Assembly (NCBI GenBank): GCA_030038885.1
Contig: JASHQY010000051.1
Coordinates: forward strand, 1-35,603
Reading direction: 5' to 3'
DNA length: 35,603 bases
Source: Thermoplasmata archaeon
GTDB lineage: Archaea; Thermoplasmatota; Thermoplasmata; Lutacidiplasmatales; UBA184
Under the pieces are notes generated by a model. That model was not told where the DNA came from, searched no databases, and was given only the letters and a program-made list of their open reading frames with translations. Shown here piece after piece: positions 33,776-35,603 of this stretch. Position 1 is the stretch's first letter. Every line of letters starts with the position of its first letter. A program made the translations under genes and the position numbers.

Positions 33776-34606
33776 TCAGCTGACGGGAACGTTCCGCTCC
33801 AAGAGGAACGTCGAGAGGATCCCGACGTACTGGTGCGGCTGGGCGGACTGGGGCGCGTGACCCGCCTCGGGCAGCTCGACGATCTGGTGGTTCCGCAGCA
33901 GCCCGGCGAGGTCCTGCGTGATGCGGTGCAGGAACCGCGGGCTCTGGCCGCCGACGGTCAAGAGGGTCGGCACGAGGAGCTCCCGGCACGCGGCGCCGTC
34001 CGGGGCTTGGGCGTCCGGGTCGGCGGATTCCTCGGCCCACCGCTCCATCGTGCGGGCGCACGCCGCGCGGACCGGGTCCGACAGGCGGCCCCAGGCCCCG
34101 GACTCGGTCGAGAACGCGTCGACCAGCTCCTCGGCGGCCCGTTCGCGCAGCCCCTCGTGCACCCACCCCTGCCAGCGGCGGACGGCGCTGAGCAGCTCCT
34201 CTCCCTCGGACGCGGTCGCCGGGTCGGCCGCGAGGAGGCCGAAGAACGGGGGCTCGTGCAGCGCGAGGCTCCGGACCATCTCCGGGCGGTCGATCGCGAG
34301 CCGGAGGGCCACCGCGCCCCCGTACGAATGACCGATGATGTGCGCCGGGTAGAGGTCGAGGCGCTCGAGCAGCCCGGCGAGGTCCGCCGCGTCGTCCCGC
34401 ACCGGGTGCGGTCGGGGCTGGTACGTGCTCTCCCCGTACCCCCGACGATCGTAGGCCAGCACCTGCATCGAGTGCGCGAGCCCGGGCAGCATCCGGTCCC
34501 AACGGTGCCGATTGCCGAGCCAGCCGTGGACCAGCACGGCCGGGTCCCCGCTCGCGCCCTGGACCTCGTAGGCGAGATCGATACCGTGCACCGAACAGAT
34601 CGGCAA
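33776..34606 (-). CDS. alpha/beta hydrolase fold protein
   Basis: Contains VLVHGWLGN, IIGHSYGG (nucleophile elbow) and the late GHAP His. The start is uncertain (TTG 34606 or GTG 34591). The 384-aa track ORF to 34930 would overlap the plus-strand gene at 34730, and its N-terminus is low-complexity. Confidence 0.75.
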   Translation of the reverse strand: MPICSVHGIDLAYEVQGASGDPAVLVHGWLGNRHRWDRMLPGLAHSMQVLAYDRRGYGESTYQPRPHPVRDDAADLAGLLERLDLYPAHIIGHSYGGAVALRLAIDRPEMVRSLALHEPPFFGLLAADPATASEGEELLSAVRRWQGWVHEGLRERAAEELVDAFSTESGAWGRLSDPVRAACARTMERWAEESADPDAQAPDGAACRELLVPTLLTVGGQSPRFLHRITQDLAGLLRNHQIVELPEAGHAPQSAQPHQYVGILSTFLLERNVPVS

Positions 34607-34729
34607 TCCTTCCAGCCCCCGGCGGCGCCCGGCCCCGCCGAGCTCCGGTCGGACGAGGGCCGAGGCTCTTAGCTTCGCCGGCGGCCGCGGCCGCACAGCG
34701 CTTATGTCGGCTCCCCGTTTCCCCCGGCC

Positions 34730-35047
34730 ATGAGCGCGATCTTCCAGCGGCCGCTCTGCGATATGGGCTCGGCGTACGACTTCGCGTTCCGTCCGCTGGT
34801 CGGGGACGCAGACGCCGGCGCCGGCGGGACCTGCGACGACCGGCCGCACCGGGTGGAGCTCTATTCCGCGGGAGCCGACCCGGGCTCCCCGACCGCCGAG
34901 TGGCGATCGTTCTCCCTGTGCCCCGAGCACGAGGATCAGCTCCGCCGGTACGACGCGCGGCTGCCGCCGAAGGGGGTCCCCAGCCGGTTCCGACCGGCGG
35001 TACGCGCTCCGCCTCCGCCTGCGAACGGGCGGGCGAGGTCGCGGTGA
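34730..35047 (+). CDS. hypothetical small Cys-containing protein
   Basis: 105-aa ORF. A CTTATG box lies about 27 nt upstream, so it may be leaderless. Its TGA overlaps the GTG of the downstream aldo/keto reductase (GTGA). Confidence 0.4.
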   Translation: MSAIFQRPLCDMGSAYDFAFRPLVGDADAGAGGTCDDRPHRVELYSAGADPGSPTAEWRSFSLCPEHEDQLRRYDARLPPKGVPSRFRPAVRAPPPPANGRARSR

Positions 35048-35603
35048 GCGCGCTCCCGCTCCACGGGCTCTCGAGCCGCGTCGAGATCGCGAAGGGCGTC
35101 GCGATGCCGGTCCTGGGCCTCGGGGTCTTCCAGTCGCCGCCCGGTCCCACGACCCGCCAGGCCGTCCGGTGGGCGCTCGACGCGGGCTACCGGCTGATCG
35201 ACACGGCCGCGATGTACGAGAACGAGGCCGACGTCGGGGCCGCGATCCGGGAGAGCGGGGTCCCGCGGGACGAGGTGTTCGTCGCGACGAAGCTCTGGTA
35301 CACCGATCACGGGTACGATCCGGCGAAGCGCGCGGCCCGGCGGAGCCTCGACGCCCTCGGCCTCGGCTACATCGACCTCTACCTGATCCACTGGCCGCGG
35401 GCGAACTCGCCGGACGATCGCCTGGGCTCGTGGCGGGCCCTCGAGGAGCTCCACCACGAGGGGCTCGCCCGCGCGATCGGGGTCAGCAACTACGCGATCC
35501 ACCACCTCGACGAGCTGCGCGAGCACGCCTCGGTCCCTCCGGCGGTCGACCAGGTCGAGTTCCACCCGTTCGTCTACGACCCGGAGTTCCTCGCGTACTG
35601 CGA
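35044..35603 (+). CDS. aldo/keto reductase (2,5-diketo-D-gluconate reductase-like), 3' end outside the window
   Basis: Open frame absent from the track. Contains GLGVFQ, YRLIDTAAMYENE (catalytic Asp/Tyr), VFVATKLW (Lys) and YIDLYLIHWP (His). Confidence 0.85.
   Translation, partial: MSALPLHGLSSRVEIAKGVAMPVLGLGVFQSPPGPTTRQAVRWALDAGYRLIDTAAMYENEADVGAAIRESGVPRDEVFVATKLWYTDHGYDPAKRAARRSLDALGLGYIDLYLIHWPRANSPDDRLGSWRALEELHHEGLARAIGVSNYAIHHLDELREHASVPPAVDQVEFHPFVYDPEFLAYC

Noticed and set aside
34607-34930. 108-aa N-terminal extension of the alpha/beta hydrolase ORF
   Set aside because: The text is Gly/Arg/Pro-rich and low-complexity. It overlaps the plus-strand ORF at 34730 and its promoter, and hydrolase homology by eye begins only near 34600.

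Overview
This is a high-GC chromosomal segment from an archaeon. The evidence for archaeal origin is topoisomerase VI A and B, ribosomal protein L41e, TATA-box promoters with short or absent leaders, and an 11-subunit Nuo complex lacking NuoEFG. No rRNA, tRNA, CRISPR array, transposase or integrase could be supported.

Gene content in order:
- 1-1236: the 3' part of an enoyl-CoA hydratase gene and a convergent GNAT acetyltransferase.
- 1358-13974: a tightly packed plus-strand operon, nuoABCDHIJKLMN, continuing without a break into a geranylgeranyl-reductase paralog and an IspB-like long-chain polyprenyl diphosphate synthase.
- 14041-15299: a small membrane protein and a carbon-nitrogen hydrolase.
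- 15300-17209: a roughly 1.9 kb region that looks lower in GC by eye. Its only credible genes are an MNT/HEPN toxin-antitoxin pair, flanked by two long unexplained spacers.
- 17210-21234: a SAM methyltransferase divergent from top6B-top6A.
- 21340-21984: a hypothetical protein and a 35-aa L41e micro-ORF that is absent from the ORF track.
- 22052-24290, minus strand: sucC-sucD plus a translationally coupled 75-aa Cys/His protein.
- 24363-28719: an HTH plus ferritin-like regulator, a ZIP metal transporter, coaBC and a HAD hydrolase.
- 28720-31084: a visibly lower-GC block with a long non-coding stretch and three uncharacterised envelope-type proteins.
- 31081-35603: a 49-aa zinc ribbon, an esterase, a thioredoxin-like protein, an SDR, an alpha/beta hydrolase, a small Cys-containing protein and the 5' part of an aldo/keto reductase.

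Start/stop overlaps of the GTGA or ATGA type are pervasive. They occur at nuoA/B, nuoI/J, nuoJ/K, reductase/prenyl synthase, MNT/HEPN, sucC/D, sucD/small protein and small protein/AKR. I used them as evidence for start choice and for the reality of the small ORFs.

Most of the long ORFs in the track are alternate-frame or antisense shadows typical of GC-rich DNA. All functional calls rest on motif recognition by eye; no database search was run.
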